Under the pieces are notes generated by a model. That model was not told the DNA's origin and did not search any database. It saw only the letters and a list, made by a program, of their open reading frames with translations. Source: Balanoglossus misakiensis (Eukaryota > Animalia > Hemichordata). Taken from it: a stretch of DNA of 64,000 nt. This document shows positions 47,701-60,900 of this stretch, in pieces. Every line of letters starts with the position of its first letter. The stretch's first letter is position 1. A program made the translations under genes and the position numbers. The stretch spans positions 4,402,001 through 4,466,000 of the forward strand of contig CM082590.2 in the NCBI GenBank assembly GCA_040954595.2. Reading direction: 5' to 3'.

Positions 47701-50700
47701 CCGCCATTCAAACACACAATCAAGCAGCATAAAGAAACACTTCTCAACCAGATCGCGATAAAGTCAGGATTATCATGAGCTAGAATTCATACAGCTGTTT
47801 TGCATTCAACACATTGACGTAAACTATCCCCCCCCATTGTACAGTTTCTGCGTTGCCAGAAGAGACCATGTTTTATTTCTCATATTTAGAATTAATCAAT
47901 CATTCATCGGCCAGTTACAGAGTTGACGAAACGGAGCCAATCAGAATGTACGTCTCACAAATGTGTTCACATATAAATTAAACCGTTACTTGTCCAGTAC
48001 TATTCTATTTCGACTGCAGATCGCTGTCTTACGTGAATGTTGCATGATTGTTTTGGGGTTTTGTGCTACTCCGTTTTCTTGGCAAGCTCAGTCGAGCAGT
48101 GATGACTGTGTTCTAACCAGTACAACGGTAAATCCTGACACGTTAAGTAGATTCATGAGTGTGAGTACACATATGTTCCACAGTAGATTGCATCGAGGAC
48201 ACACTGCACTGTCTACAGAATCGCGTGTCAGAATAGTCAAGTATCTAGTATCTAGCCGTATTTTGTCCGCTTTGCTTCCAAAACTACGTACGTCTAACCA
48301 CTTTGCAAAGTAAACACAAAGTGTCGCAATGCAATGTGAACTGCAATGTGAAGCAAATACGTCCACAAATTACAATGATCATTCATTGCAATACTGTTTT
48401 AGATGTTCAGGATATTAACTGAGAATTTACTTTTGCCAGCCAACATCATCTTTTTATAATGTCAATTAAATTCAAGACTCGTTGCATCATTTCAAAACAT
48501 TAATTCCTACATACAAAGTAATAATTGGTAAATTAGCTAACTTAAGTCTTATTACACTTACCGCCGAGTTCTGAATGACACGCCGTCAAAGGCACTAGAC
48601 GTCGACCTGCATACACGGTCAGAATAGTCGCAGTATGACAGAGCAGACAACTTTAAAGGAACCGCATTGATAACAGCGTCACTTTGCATGGTTTATTGCT
48701 GTCCACCACTGCCTTGCACAAATGGAATTCAACTGAAACCACTCGACGTCATTTATTGCAACTAGTGTTTACCTTTACACACAAAAAACCCTGCTGTAAA
48801 CTATCAGCATATAAAGTTTAAGTCTAAATTTTGTTCTTCTCTATAAAATGCAGGTATGAATTTTACCAGCTGTTTTGTAATGCAAATTGTCCATTCTTTT
48901 ATGCATATATGTGTTTGAATGTATTAGCGTAGCGGGGGGGGGGGGGGGGGGGCATCTCTTAAAGATTAAATACTGTTCAATCTATTCACCTGCATCTGAT
49001 TACATGTTGGAGTCAGTGAGACTCCATGTGTACCAGTGTCATTGTTATCAGCACTGCTAATTACCAACATCGATTGAACTGTTGTTCATATCAGCGCATT
49101 CACACTCACACATGTACTAAGTAAAGAAGTGTAAATGACATCCCTGTCCACACAACACCACTATAAAAGTCATAATTTTACCTTCCATTCATGAGGTTTC
49201 TGTGACTATTCTTTAGGTATTGTTGTTTTCGATAATTTGATGGTTTAGTTTGAATTTTATTGGTATGCTGTCTGTTCAGCTTGGTATGTACAGGTACGTA
49301 TCAGAAGCAGTTTATTTTGGGTCGTAAATATTAAATACTGTTTGTTCTATTGGCTTTACGCGTACAGACTTTGATGGAAACCACTCAACACACTTAATAT
49401 ATAGCACAGGGTTTTTGTTTAGTCGGCAGAAAAACACTCCACCACAATCAAGTAGCTACAAACATTTTTCAACCAGACCACGATAAAGTCAGGAATTATC
49501 GTTAGCTACAGCTGTTTGGCAAAATATTGTCGCAACAATGGCCCCTTTAGAGCACTACATCTTCTTTTTAAAATCTCGAATAAATTCAAGAATCCTTGTT
49601 GCATCATTTCCAACTTCCACAAACAAACAAATAATTGTAACCTTAGCTGACTTCAGTCTTGAACTGAATACACTCAACATAGATTTCTGAATGAAACGCC
49701 GTCAACGCCACTGGACACCGACCTGCATACACGGTCAGAAAACTCGCTGAATGACAGAGCAAACAACTTTGATAACAACGCCGCTTTGCAAGGTTTATTG
49801 CTGTCCACCACTGCCTTGCACAAATGGAATTCAACTGAAACCACTCGACGTCATTTATTGCAACCAGTGTTTATCTTTACGCACAGAAAAGTACCCCAGC
49901 TGTAAAATATACACATATATTGTGTGTTTTAGTCTGAATTTGTTCCTCTCTATGAGTATAAATTTTATATCCGTCGGCCGTCCAGTAATGTTCATTGTCG
50001 ATTCGGATATAGAGACATATGCTGGAATGTATTAGCGTAGCCCGGGCATGTGTCGAATTTCAAATATAAGAAAACAACTGAGATTATTATATATAATCCC
50101 ATGATATTTTTATTTGTTTGATGTCATCGTATACGAGTGGTTTTCGCGGAGCCGTGCAACTTCGAGCCGTAGATGAGAAGTTGTACGCCTTCGCCAAAAC
50201 CACGAGTATAAGATGACGTCAAAAAAAGAAAAATATCATGTGATTATATATTTATCACATGAACACTCTTCTTATTTTTTCGTTAGAAGAGGCAGGATAA
50301 AAATATCTAATATCTTGCTAAAATATTTGAGCGGCCTTGTAGTTTAATTAGCGGGATTACGTTCTTTCCCCTGTGCAACGATCTGTAACTCTCACGAGAT
50401 ATGCTAATTCATAAAGTGAAATCGACTTTCAAGTTTTATACACTTTGCGTCTTGTCTGTTGTCAGGCGGAGTAATACACCGTTTTATACTTGTTATGCGA
50501 CACTTGTCGCACTATACGTTGTTCTTGCCCAGTGCGCTTACGCTGGACAGAAACACAATGACCGGTCGGAAATGAGCCAAATTTTGACGGGTAGTTTTGT
50601 TATACATGTACAGTTAAACGTAGCATGACGGATGTTTATAAAACACTATCAATCAGATTCGCGGAGTCAGTCACATGGGCCAACTTTGACACATTTTGCC

Positions 50701-53085
50701 TGTCAATCATCGTCTCGCGCTATGTACGTGTAAACAGAACTTTCTAGCAAGTCATCGCGTCGAGTTCGTCGAGTTGCTGTTTGACAGAAAAAGTGACACG
50801 ATTCATGTAAAACTTTATGAAAAAATAAACACGAGTCTATTGCCATATATCCTAAAACCGTTATTGTGACAGGATATTAAAAATTTTAGTCCAGGAACGG
50901 TGTTCAAGGTTGCGTTTGCGTCGGCCTGGCTAGTCAGCGCCGTTGTGTTTCCGCAGAAATACAAGCCCCGTACAGATCTCAGCCTCGGACCCCAGAGACA
51001 TGTTTTCGACTCTTTAACAAACGAACTGCGACGTTTTTCCACGTCTTATACATTTTGTTGACCGGTGGACAGAATACATGTACAGAGTTTTAGTCGTCCC
51101 ACTCAGCTGATTCGAAACCATATCCGTAATTTCCGTAAGCCTAATATCAAGTCTGCCGGCTCGCTCGGGACCAGGCTCGCTAGCTGAAAGCACACATCCA
51201 CGATCGTAGCGTCGACTTTTCAAATTCTACCTTTCTCGAATTGATTTTACCCAGCGATATTCTCATGGGACTGTCATTTTTATTTCAAATATGTACAACC
51301 ACAGGTACACGCACTTGTTATTCCGTTTTACAAGAAAGTTACAGCTACGGCCGAATCAGCGAAAATAATTCCAGTTGATGACGTAGAACAGGGGGTAAAA
51401 TCGGATTTTTTATTCGACCTTTTTACGGCACACAGGTAGCTAAACGGGCCAGTTCATGTGATAAACTATAACATTCAGCACAAAGAGGGAACTAAAGAGG
51501 CTTATCAATCAAGTATTTGTGAGGCGAGACATGTTTGAAGGGCAATTGACACCTGACCCACAACACACGCACTGATAAGAACAACAGTATCAGACCCACG
51601 TTGACAAACAGTTTTAGACAGGTCAGGCCAATTTTTGATTTCCATCCCTGTACCATGTTGTCTCCTGTCTGGGCGCACACCAAGTCAACCGGATACAACG
51701 CCCTCACATGTGCAACGAATGTAAATGTTTTTGTTAGGCAACTGCTTGCAGAATCTGGCCTACACCTTCATCTGAATACATTTGGAGTCAGTGAGACTCC
51801 ATGTGTGCCAGTGTTAATTGTGTCATATTTATCACCACCGTTCATCCACATTAGTACTTTTGACTAAAATTGATTAAAACATAGACCAGCCACTATTCAT
51901 TCTTATCAGCGCTCTCCTACTGGTACTAAGTAAATGACATCACATTACCACTACAAAATTAATTCACAAATTTGACCTTCCAACTATAATGTTTTGGACT
52001 ATATACATCAAGTATTGTTTTTGTTGATATTCCAATCTGTTGATTTGTTTATGAATTAATTATCATACAGCCTATTCAGCTTGTAATCAGAAGCAACTTT
52101 CTCTAGGTCGTAAAGCTTAAAAACTGTTTGTCCTATTAGATTTATAGCATTCGAAACCACACAACACATTGTAGCTCAAAATGTTTTAGTTGGTAAAGAA
52201 ATACTCCACCATTCAAACACACAATCAAGCAGCATAAAGAAACACTTCTCAACCAGATCATGATAAAGTCAGGATTATCATGAGCTAGAATTCAAACGGC
52301 TATTTGCCATGGATTTACAACAACAAACACAAAGATGGGTTTGGCAGTTAAGGCAGTGATTTATTGAACAATAAACTGTCAACAGTAAAGCAGTACACCA
52401 AATATCATAGACAAGGAACCAGAAAAGGATTAGCAAGCTGAAGGAAACAGACAGAGAGAAAAACAAAAACGACATAGAAATGAGCATGAGAAAGTGGGAA
52501 CAAACAAGATGGGGATGAGGTGGGTAGGTGACAAAATGAAACAGCTCCCAAGATGGCGGGAAGCCAACGTGAGGCTTATCTTACTGAGATGTGATAGAGG
52601 GCACTAGACCAAGCTGATGATGTTGCGATATATACCAGTATTCAGAATATGGAACAGAGTTGTAAATTACACAAAATTATTACACCAATACATCGTCTTA
52701 AACCACGGCCCCTTTACGGCAACATTTTCTGCGATGCCAGAATATGCCGTGGTTTAATTCGCAGTTTTATAATTATTAATCGGTCAGTTCCAGCACTGGC
52801 GAAACTGCGTCTCATTAATATATCCTCATGAAAATTAAACTGTCACTTTGCCTACAACCGAGTATTTTGATTTATACTTCAGATCTCTGTCCTGCGTGAG
52901 TGTTTGGTGATTGATGGTGATTCGCTGCTCTGTTTCGGCCTTTGTGTAAATCACAGTCGAGGAGTGACCGTGTGTAAATCCTTCTGCTCGTGTCCGCTTA
53001 TTATCCGGAGACCTCAGTGGAGTCGCTCAGGTCTGACTGTCAAAAGGACACCGCTACCACAAGTATGCAGTAAATCATGACAGGT
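41790..53085. repeat. degenerate tandem array, ~6 units of ~1.6-2.8 kb with reshuffled sub-blocks
   Basis: core gaaaccac.caacac...aacca.gat..cgataaagtcagga at ~42118, 43962, 45604, 47647, 49377, 52153; near-identical pairs 41790-42550/47320-48070, 42780-43140/49535-49905, 46260-46462/52880-53080. Confidence 0.85.
50089..51465. mobile_element. ~1.4-kb non-coding insertion with terminal hairpin and offset inverted repeats
   Basis: ~160-bp imperfect palindrome 50089-50251; perfect 14-bp IR TTTATCACATGAAC (50251-50264) / GTTCATGTGATAAA (51452-51465); absent from the sister unit at ~43300. Confidence 0.7.
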
Positions 53086-53847
53086 TAAGTAGCTCCATGA
53101 GTAAACACAAGTACTACATTAGATTACATCTGAGACACATTGCACTGACTACATGATCATGTGTCTGCATGGCCACGCAATTGACAATTTACATACATGT
53201 AAAAACGAATAACCTTGAAACGTTGAACACACATAAAACATACGTAGTGCATGGAAAAGCTAAAACAACTTCATTTTGGCTAATTGTAATCAACAAAATC
53301 ACGAAATGGTGAAATAGTGAAATTATTAAATAAAGTAACCGAACAATGGGGAACTTCATAAACAAAGAGAAAAATAAAGCCGAGAAACGACAAAACGGAC
53401 GGTCGACAGGATGCACTGTATTTAACTCTTGCCATCGTCCCCTTATACAGCGCCCCCATGTGGCTAAGGGAATTGAAAGAAATTACAGGGAGTGTGGAGT
53501 ACAGGCTCCATGGATAATTAAAACACCCGCACAGTAAGCACAATTTCTGGATGCAGGAGGAAAATAAAACAAAAGAATAATCATTAATCCTATAATGAAA
53601 TTCCGACATGTCTAGACTATCTCGTCAAACCAACTCATCCACATAAAACCGACTGAGCTTTGCATGTTCACACAATTGAGTGCAAAGAAAGCTAACAGAA
53701 GACGGGTAGATACTGTAAGTGTTGACGGAAAGCGTTGGACACAAAGACCAAATCTCACACCGAAATTCTCATACTGAATGTGATAACATATACATGCACC
53801 ACCCTCATTCATGTTAATTGGAATTTATATGAACAGAACCATATTAA

Positions 53848-54580
53848 GGTGGCATTGCATGAAAAGTTGTGATTTTTGCCAAATTTTACTTTTTTACATA
53901 AATCGGTAGGCCTAATACTGACCCACAACCTGACTAATACGTCTTGGCGGAAATGGTGCATAATCACCCCAAAATAGCACTTTTCTGAATGAGTTCACAG
54001 CTTAACAAATAGGTGTCAACAATGCAAATAGCCGTTTTTCTCAGTTTGCATTTTCGCTGCTCTTGACAACTTCGGACTAAAATAGCTTCGCCCTGCGTTG
54101 GCCGAATTTGCTCAAATTTTGACAGGGAATTGTGTATGACCCATCCAACAAAACGCTAGTTTTGTTTGTCGATAAAGTGTCCCTGGCGGGAATAAACTCT
54201 GATTCAATACAACTCACCGTGAATTTGATCAAATTTTCTGAAAATCTAACTTTTAAACGCTGTTACTCCTCAATGGAAGCAGATAACGCAAAACAAAATT
54301 AGCGTTTTTTTGCACGTGTACTCTAGTTTTGAATGACATATTAAGATGCATGATGCATGGTCAACTTTTTTACCTATTTTAAATTTCATGACATAATATC
54401 AAAAAATGGGTTTTTTCACCCAAAATCGCCACCATTTCCGGGGATCAATAATATTTGCAACTCAAACAAAAGTTCAAAATCTCAGCTTCCAGAATATATA
54501 TGGTTTATGGGGGTTTTAACTTTTTCTTTGATGAGAAATAGGCCTCTGAAAAAGTCTCGACGGTTTCATGCAGTGCCACC
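53848..54580 (-). mobile_element. 733-bp non-autonomous Kolobok-type DNA transposon, inverted copy of 13589-14324
   Basis: TTAA TSD, GGTGGCA(T/C)TGCATGAAA TIRs, full-length reverse-complement similarity. Confidence 0.9.
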
Positions 54581-54649
54581 TTAAAACACCCACATTTAGA
54601 AACATTTAGACACTTTGTACGCAGCAAACGTTGAATGACGTCAAATGTG

Positions 54650-55186
54650 TGTTATGGAATTGCTATTCCATGTGAATTATTAATTTGCATGGTGTTTTTC
54701 TTTGGCTTCATTTGCGTGGTGGTGTTGCCATGGTGACCATTACTGGGCTGACTTGTCTGGCAAGCTAGAGATGGAGGGGTTTCCCCATCTCTCCCCTGGT
54801 GAATCAATCACCAATCAGAAGTGCGTTCTGGGTCACGTGATGAGCCTGTCTATCATGTATATTTGAGGGGGGAATTAGCGTGGATCTGTTGAAGGAGGAA
54901 CCTCAAGTTTCAGTTCTGTGCAACTTTACCTGATTAGTCCAGTTTTATCCCTATCGGTTAGCCAGGCCCGGGTCACCGATCGGAGATCTAAGACGTGGTT
55001 ACCTTAGCAGCTCGGTGTGGGCCGATATCTTCATCAAGACGCCTGCTTTCCGCGTTCTGACGAGTTCTGACCGCTGTGTTTAGAGACAGCGCTGTTTGTG
55101 AGAGGCTCACTCCGGTCCGCCTGCGCCCTACCAGTTTTCCGAGGTATACCGTTCGGGTTTCCGTCACAATTGGTGGCATCTTCGGG
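54650..55186 (+). mobile_element. orphan 5' LTR plus PBS of a third LTR retrotransposon
   Basis: TGTTATGG...CCGTCACA (54650-55168, 6/8 inverted ends) followed 2 nt later by TGGTGGCA (tRNA-Leu-like PBS); no second LTR or ORF found. Confidence 0.5.
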
Positions 55187-56070
55187 ATTGTTACGGCAAC
55201 TTTGGTTCAGCTAAGCCCCTTTCGAATATTCGCTAAGCTCTGGGTCGTCATCAATCAATCATCAATCGAAGGGATTTATAGAGCGCCAAACTCCACTGCA
55301 ATAGTGTTCAACGGCGCTTTCAAATGTCAAAAATCCAGGTTGTATTCAACAGTAACGTTGATTCCGGGTTCGAGAGAACAGACGTTAATTCTACTGTCAT
55401 TTCTGCAGAAGCCCTGAAAACTCCGATCGTTTCATCGGGCTCAGGGTGGAGGTCAGGCAGGGGTCGAAGTAGACATTTGATGTTGTCCTAGGAAATACAA
55501 CGGATGAACGTGATATCGGTAGACAGTGAGATACAGTGGAACGATCAATTTGTGATATGACACAACAACTTCAAACATTTATGCAAACGTTTGGGGAAAT
55601 GGAGTGACCGTGGTTGAAACAAGTTTAGTTTTTGTCCATAGTACGCCTAAGCAGTGGTGACGTACCAATGACTGGTGCGCCTGTTGTGTTATCACCCTGT
55701 GTTAGCTATCTTTGCTATAGCGCCCTCGCTAGCGCCCTGATTTCTAGTGCATGTAACCCTGCTGTTACTTCGCTCTCTTGCTGTTTCATGGCGGACTGTT
55801 AGACACAGTCGCGCACATCTACCCTGAATAAATGTTGTGTTAAGTTACTTGCAATAGTCAGTCCTGGTCATCGATCCACCCCACGGTCTCCCGAATAATA
55901 ATAGTCAATAACATAACATGGTGTCAGGAAAGGTGACTTTAGCCGACAACTAGAAACCGTCGCTGAAGTGGTGATCAGAAGAAACCAACGGACTCGACTG
56001 CACAGAACATTGCCAGGTATTGTAACACACACTGAGACGCTCTCCGCGCCGAAATCGAAACAGCATCAGC

Positions 56071-57237
56071 ATGGCAGAATTAAGTGGTCTCCCAACACCA
56101 CAGATGGACTGGAACTCTGACGACCCAGTCACTGCACTCACAAAGTTTAAAGACTTGTGTGAGCTGTACTTTGATGGTCCATTAGCGAACCTAGACGACA
56201 AAAGAAAACTCAGATATCTGCTGATCTGGATTGGTCAAGACGGTCGTGACATACAGAAATCATGGGGACTGAAAGGCGATTCCCTGAACGATCTCGCCAA
56301 ACACTGGGAGATGTTTGAGGCATATGTGAAGCCACACAGCAATTTTCGAGTTGCCAGATTCAAATTGAGAAACCTGAAGCAAGAAACCGATGAAACCGTG
56401 GACAGCTTCAAGAAACGAATCAGACTCATTTGTGCTGATTGCAATTACAAAGAGCCTAACGAACACATGTTAGATACACTCATTTATGGCATCAACTCAC
56501 GTCAAGTACAATTGAAATTGCTTGAGAAAGGCGAAAAAACAACGCTACAAGACGCCATACAAGTATGTCAGCGACACGAGGCCACATCTCGTCAACTGAA
56601 TGACATCAATAGCGCTGAACCAGAGACAGTTCACGTTATACACAGATCCCGTGGTGGAAAACCGAAAACCCACAGAATGACTAGCGCCAAAAAGCGTGAC
56701 ACGAGGTCACCGCCTAGGTCACCAACCCAACTCTGCCGGAATTGTGGTAAATCTCATAAACGGGAGGAAAGATGCCCTGCCCGTGGATCAACCTGCCGAA
56801 ACTGCGGTAAGCAAAACCATTGGATAAAGATGTGCAGATCAACTCGCTCGAGAGTAGCACCGAGCACAGTGAAGTCAGAGCCGACTACTCGTGTTCACAC
56901 AATGAAAGAGACTGACTCAGGAAGTCCAGTCAACGCTGAAGCAGCTACCGTTTACTTTCACACGGTTCATGAAGACCACAGCTGTCAAACCGTCACCCCT
57001 AGCAACCGTAGCGACAAGCAAGCCTTCGTCACGCTCAGCGCCAGATCCGATTACAAAACAAAAGCCATCAAGTGCAAGATAGACACTGGTGCAGAGGGTA
57101 ATGTCATGCCCGCCTCAGTATACCGAACACTGATTCCCACTGGTACGCAAACTGAGCAACCTCAGTTCGAGATCGATCATCAACCACATGAAAGTGATGT
57201 TCGACGAGCATGGAATATGCCATCGCTTGATTTCTGA
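56071..57237 (+). CDS. intact Gag plus N-terminal part of protease, running out of frame past a deletion junction
   Basis: CRNCGKSHKREERC and CRNCGKQNHWIKMC knuckles; KIDTGAEGNVMP protease active site. Confidence 0.9.
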   Translation: MAELSGLPTPQMDWNSDDPVTALTKFKDLCELYFDGPLANLDDKRKLRYLLIWIGQDGRDIQKSWGLKGDSLNDLAKHWEMFEAYVKPHSNFRVARFKLRNLKQETDETVDSFKKRIRLICADCNYKEPNEHMLDTLIYGINSRQVQLKLLEKGEKTTLQDAIQVCQRHEATSRQLNDINSAEPETVHVIHRSRGGKPKTHRMTSAKKRDTRSPPRSPTQLCRNCGKSHKREERCPARGSTCRNCGKQNHWIKMCRSTRSRVAPSTVKSEPTTRVHTMKETDSGSPVNAEAATVYFHTVHEDHSCQTVTPSNRSDKQAFVTLSARSDYKTKAIKCKIDTGAEGNVMPASVYRTLIPTGTQTEQPQFEIDHQPHESDVRRAWNMPSLDF

Positions 57238-57943
57238 CAACGGACCGCAATTCGATTGCAAGGAATTCAAAGAATTCGCGAGAAACTACGGATTTGAACA
57301 CATCACGAGTTCACCTCACTTCCCGTCCAGCAATGGCTTCATCGAGAAGCAGGTCGATACGGTGAAAGATCTATTCACGAAAGCCCGCGAGACAGGCACT
57401 GATCCGCATTTAGCTATGCTATGTCTGCGCACAACGCCGATTGATCACAACTTGCCGTCGCCCTGCGAGATGCTGAATTCACGCATGTACAAGTCAAACC
57501 TACCGGGCAGGATGCCACACAATGCAAGCCGCCATAGCGAAGCATTACAACGCCGTCAAGACGCGTCAACAAAACGCTTTGAGAGCAACCGTCCCCTGTC
57601 CGAGCTGAAGCCACACCAATCCGTCCGTGTGCAACACCCCGTCAACAAGACATGGGAACCAGGCAAAATCATCACGCGCACCGCCGAACCGCGATCTTAT
57701 ACAGTAGAGACAACGCGAGGTGTGTACAGGCGTAACCGACGCCACATCAGGCCTACTGCAGAGATCTTCCGTGATGAAGACCTACGTACGCGCCGTCACG
57801 ACAACGACATCACCGTAGATGTACCGGGACCAGCCAGCACTGCAATCTCCACACCCACGAAGGAAAACAACACCGCTGCTGCAGCACCCGCGTTACGTCG
57901 TTCACAGCGTACGATAAGGAAACCAGAGCGCCTAGACTTGTGA
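57134..57943 (+). pseudogene. C-terminal part of integrase (first catalytic Asp, zinc finger, RT and RNase H deleted)
   Basis: FPLVRKLSNLSS...ISDNGPQF...HITSSPHFPSSNGFIEKQV...PRSYTV...RRNRRHIR. Confidence 0.9.
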
Positions 57944-60900
57944 ACTCTTATGAGCTCAACCAGTGACACTTAAGTTTCGAGTTCATTTATTGATAGACAT
58001 TGTTATTGACATTCACAAGTTCAGATTTTGCCAAACTGTGTTCTATCACTTTTTCTTACAAAGGGGGATGTTGTGTTATCACCCTGTGTTAGCTATCTTT
58101 GCTATAGCGCCCTCGCTCGCGCCCTGATTTCTAGTGCATGTAACCCTGCTGTTACTTCGCTCTCTTGCTGTTTCATGGCGGACTGTTAGACACAGTCGCG
58201 CACATCTACCCTGAATAAATGTTGTGTTAAGTTACTTGCAATAGTCAGTCCTGGTCATCGATCCACCCCACGGTCTCCCGAATAATAATAGTCAATAACA
58301 TAACAGCGCCCCCAACGGTAGATTATTTTGTCGCATTACTCTGTAGTGAGAGGACAGATAAATACCCCCTGACGTTTTATTACTTCACCTTCAACATGAG
58401 TAAATTGAAAGGTATAGAAAGTTCAAGTGCGAAGGAAGAACCACACATCCGGGAGGGCAGTAAAGAACATTCTACAAACATTACTCTGCAGTGAGAGGAC
58501 AGATAAACTGCAAACACATTTACAGTGTATGTCCCCTGACGTGTTATTACTTAATATATTTTCTATCTAGTTGGAAAATGCCTCGTCCCTTCATCCAGAG
58601 AGCAGCGATTCTTCTCTGTCCATGTTAAGCCAGACAGCTGATACGTCCAGATAATGGTGCAATCCAAGCTCCCTCCGCCGTCCCTTCATTATAACCGACT
58701 ACAGAATGACAATTCACACTGCTTCACAGATAACGCTTTTAAGTGTATTGGTCAAAGAGGTTCTACATAAATGTTTTAAGTGGCTCTTCTTCTAGATGGA
58801 ATGGTTTTGTGTGAATATAGCAGTGGCGCGCGAAGCGATCGAAACTACCGCATTGAACGAGCCCTCCTACCCAGCGTTCCCGGATGTCATTGCCTGAGCA
58901 TGCGTAGAAGTAGTACGAGATAATTTGTCGTGCGACGACGTGCAGGCCACATTTGCTCGAGTGAATTAAGTTTGGTTGTTTTTCGGTGTTTTGCCACGCA
59001 TTTCCTTCTGAAGTAGAGAGTGTGGTTCCGTATGACCTCAGACATTTACCGATTGTGTTCAAGACCGGTTTTTAAACGAACCAGATGAATTATTCGTGAT
59101 TGAATTAGGGCCAATGCCCACTGTCACATTGTTGACTGCCGCGCTGGCCGCCCTATAAACTAACTTCCGCCCAGGGAAGTGTGTTACTATGTAGGCATAG
59201 TCTGCACTGGTTAGGTATAATTTTGGTGTGGCCTGTGGTTGCACTAAGTGTTGTCGGAGGTGCCTTGGAAAGCTAACTTCAGCGTTCTGGGTCGCTAGCA
59301 ACTTAAGTTAGAGATCTGGTTCGGGGCACTAGCGTCAGTGCTGGTTCAACCTTGGGTCAACATGGGTATTTTCATGTTTTTTTTTGCTGGGGTCCGTTGT
59401 AATAGCAACGGGCCAGTCTACTCTAATGGCGATGTAAATATCAGTCGATAGTGGTTAGGTCAGAGTGCAGTGTTGATGATATTTCAAGTGACGGAAGGGC
59501 TAGTTCCTTGGAAAATTGACGCAAAACTTGCAGTAGAATATAATTGCATGAATATATCAGTGATAGTCTGCACATAAAATTAAATTGAAAACTCAAATTA
59601 CCGAGTTGAAAGTAAAACTTCTGGGCGCATTTATTAACCTGTAGACGTGTAAATGTTTCTTGATTGGTGTATAGTAGGCCCGGGGTCGTGTTAATGGAAA
59701 TCAATAGATCGAATTTCCCTAATAGTACGAAAAGGGAGGGATCTACATTCAGCGGTCAGTTGCGGTGCCTGAATGCAGTGAAGCAGGCCGTCTGACCGGA
59801 AACACTGAGGAGACCTTATTGGTCCATTGCAGGTCACGTGACAAACATGTGACTACGAATAGCAAGGGTGCAGACGTATCGAGTATGGGAACTAAGGGAT
59901 GGCCCATTAAATCTGAGTGTGTTCATGAATTATATCGGATATTTTTCATGAATTTTTTTATAAATCTGCTGGTCTAATTGCTTTGAAGTTTGGTAGGTGT
60001 ATTCCTTGTGGTGATTGAAGTAAGATATTGTAAAATTCTGGCAATATTTGCAAAATTGTGTTTTTTGCCACTTTTGAACAAAGTCGTTTTCTCTGAAACT
60101 GCTTGTCTGATTGCTTTGAAGTTTGGTGGGAATATTCTTAGAATTATGTAAAATATTGGTGAAGTTTATGTTCTTGGTGCCTCTTTTACTGTTTTTGGTC
60201 TTAAATCATGTTTTCTCTTATTTTTTGAAATTTGGGATACAGGTTTTATAACACATATATGAGAACTATTCTGATATCACAATTTCTTTGTAATTTTCTC
60301 TTTTTTTCAACAAATTTTCTTCTAAGCCACTTGTCCAGTTTCTTTGAAATTTACTCTTTACATGAGGTGGGTGAAACCCCACTGAGATTTTACATTATTC
60401 ATGTTTACATAACTTTACTAGGCCAGCTGTTACAGAGACCACCAGCTATTCTTTTATTAACTACCAGTGGTAGGTCAGTGAGTGTCTCTGACTGTCTGTC
60501 CCAGGGCTGCTTGAAAGAAGTTGCACTGCTTGTAAGATTGCCTTGACACATGACACTTGATTGGGCGTGTTCCTATAGTTTATTTCTTTTTACATTTCCA
60601 TATTTATATATGGTTAGGTCATATCTGCTTGCCAATGTTACCTGCAGTTTTCTCTAAACAAACATAATTTTTTAAAGCTTTGAGTCAATTTGAAGATTTG
60701 TAAAAACATTCTCTGAATCTGTACTTTGCATGTATTGTGGATAATTTCCTTGAGTCACTAGTGAGTGGTGCATCATATGGGCTTAGAGGGCACACTGACA
60801 GTGACAAAACTATACCCCAAAGCATTGCATAATGGTCCCAAGCAGACATACATTTACACAACTTCGCCCCCACAGGCGTAGGAACCAGGAGTGGGTGGTC

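Larger units (their letters stand above)
55682..58305 (+). mobile_element. 2.6-kb internally deleted Gypsy element (Mag-like, two CCHC knuckles)
   Basis: 237-bp LTRs 55682-55918 and 58069-58305 (TG...CA, one mismatch seen); GCGCC TSD; PBS TGGTGTCAGGA (tRNA-Leu); PPT AAAGGGGGA. Confidence 0.95.

Noticed and set aside
48098-48140. C/D-box-like GTGATGA...CTGA
   Set aside because: Too short, no terminal stem or recognisable rRNA guide
53400-53720. Exon-like segments with GTAAG donors
   Set aside because: No recognisable protein and stops in the plausible frames
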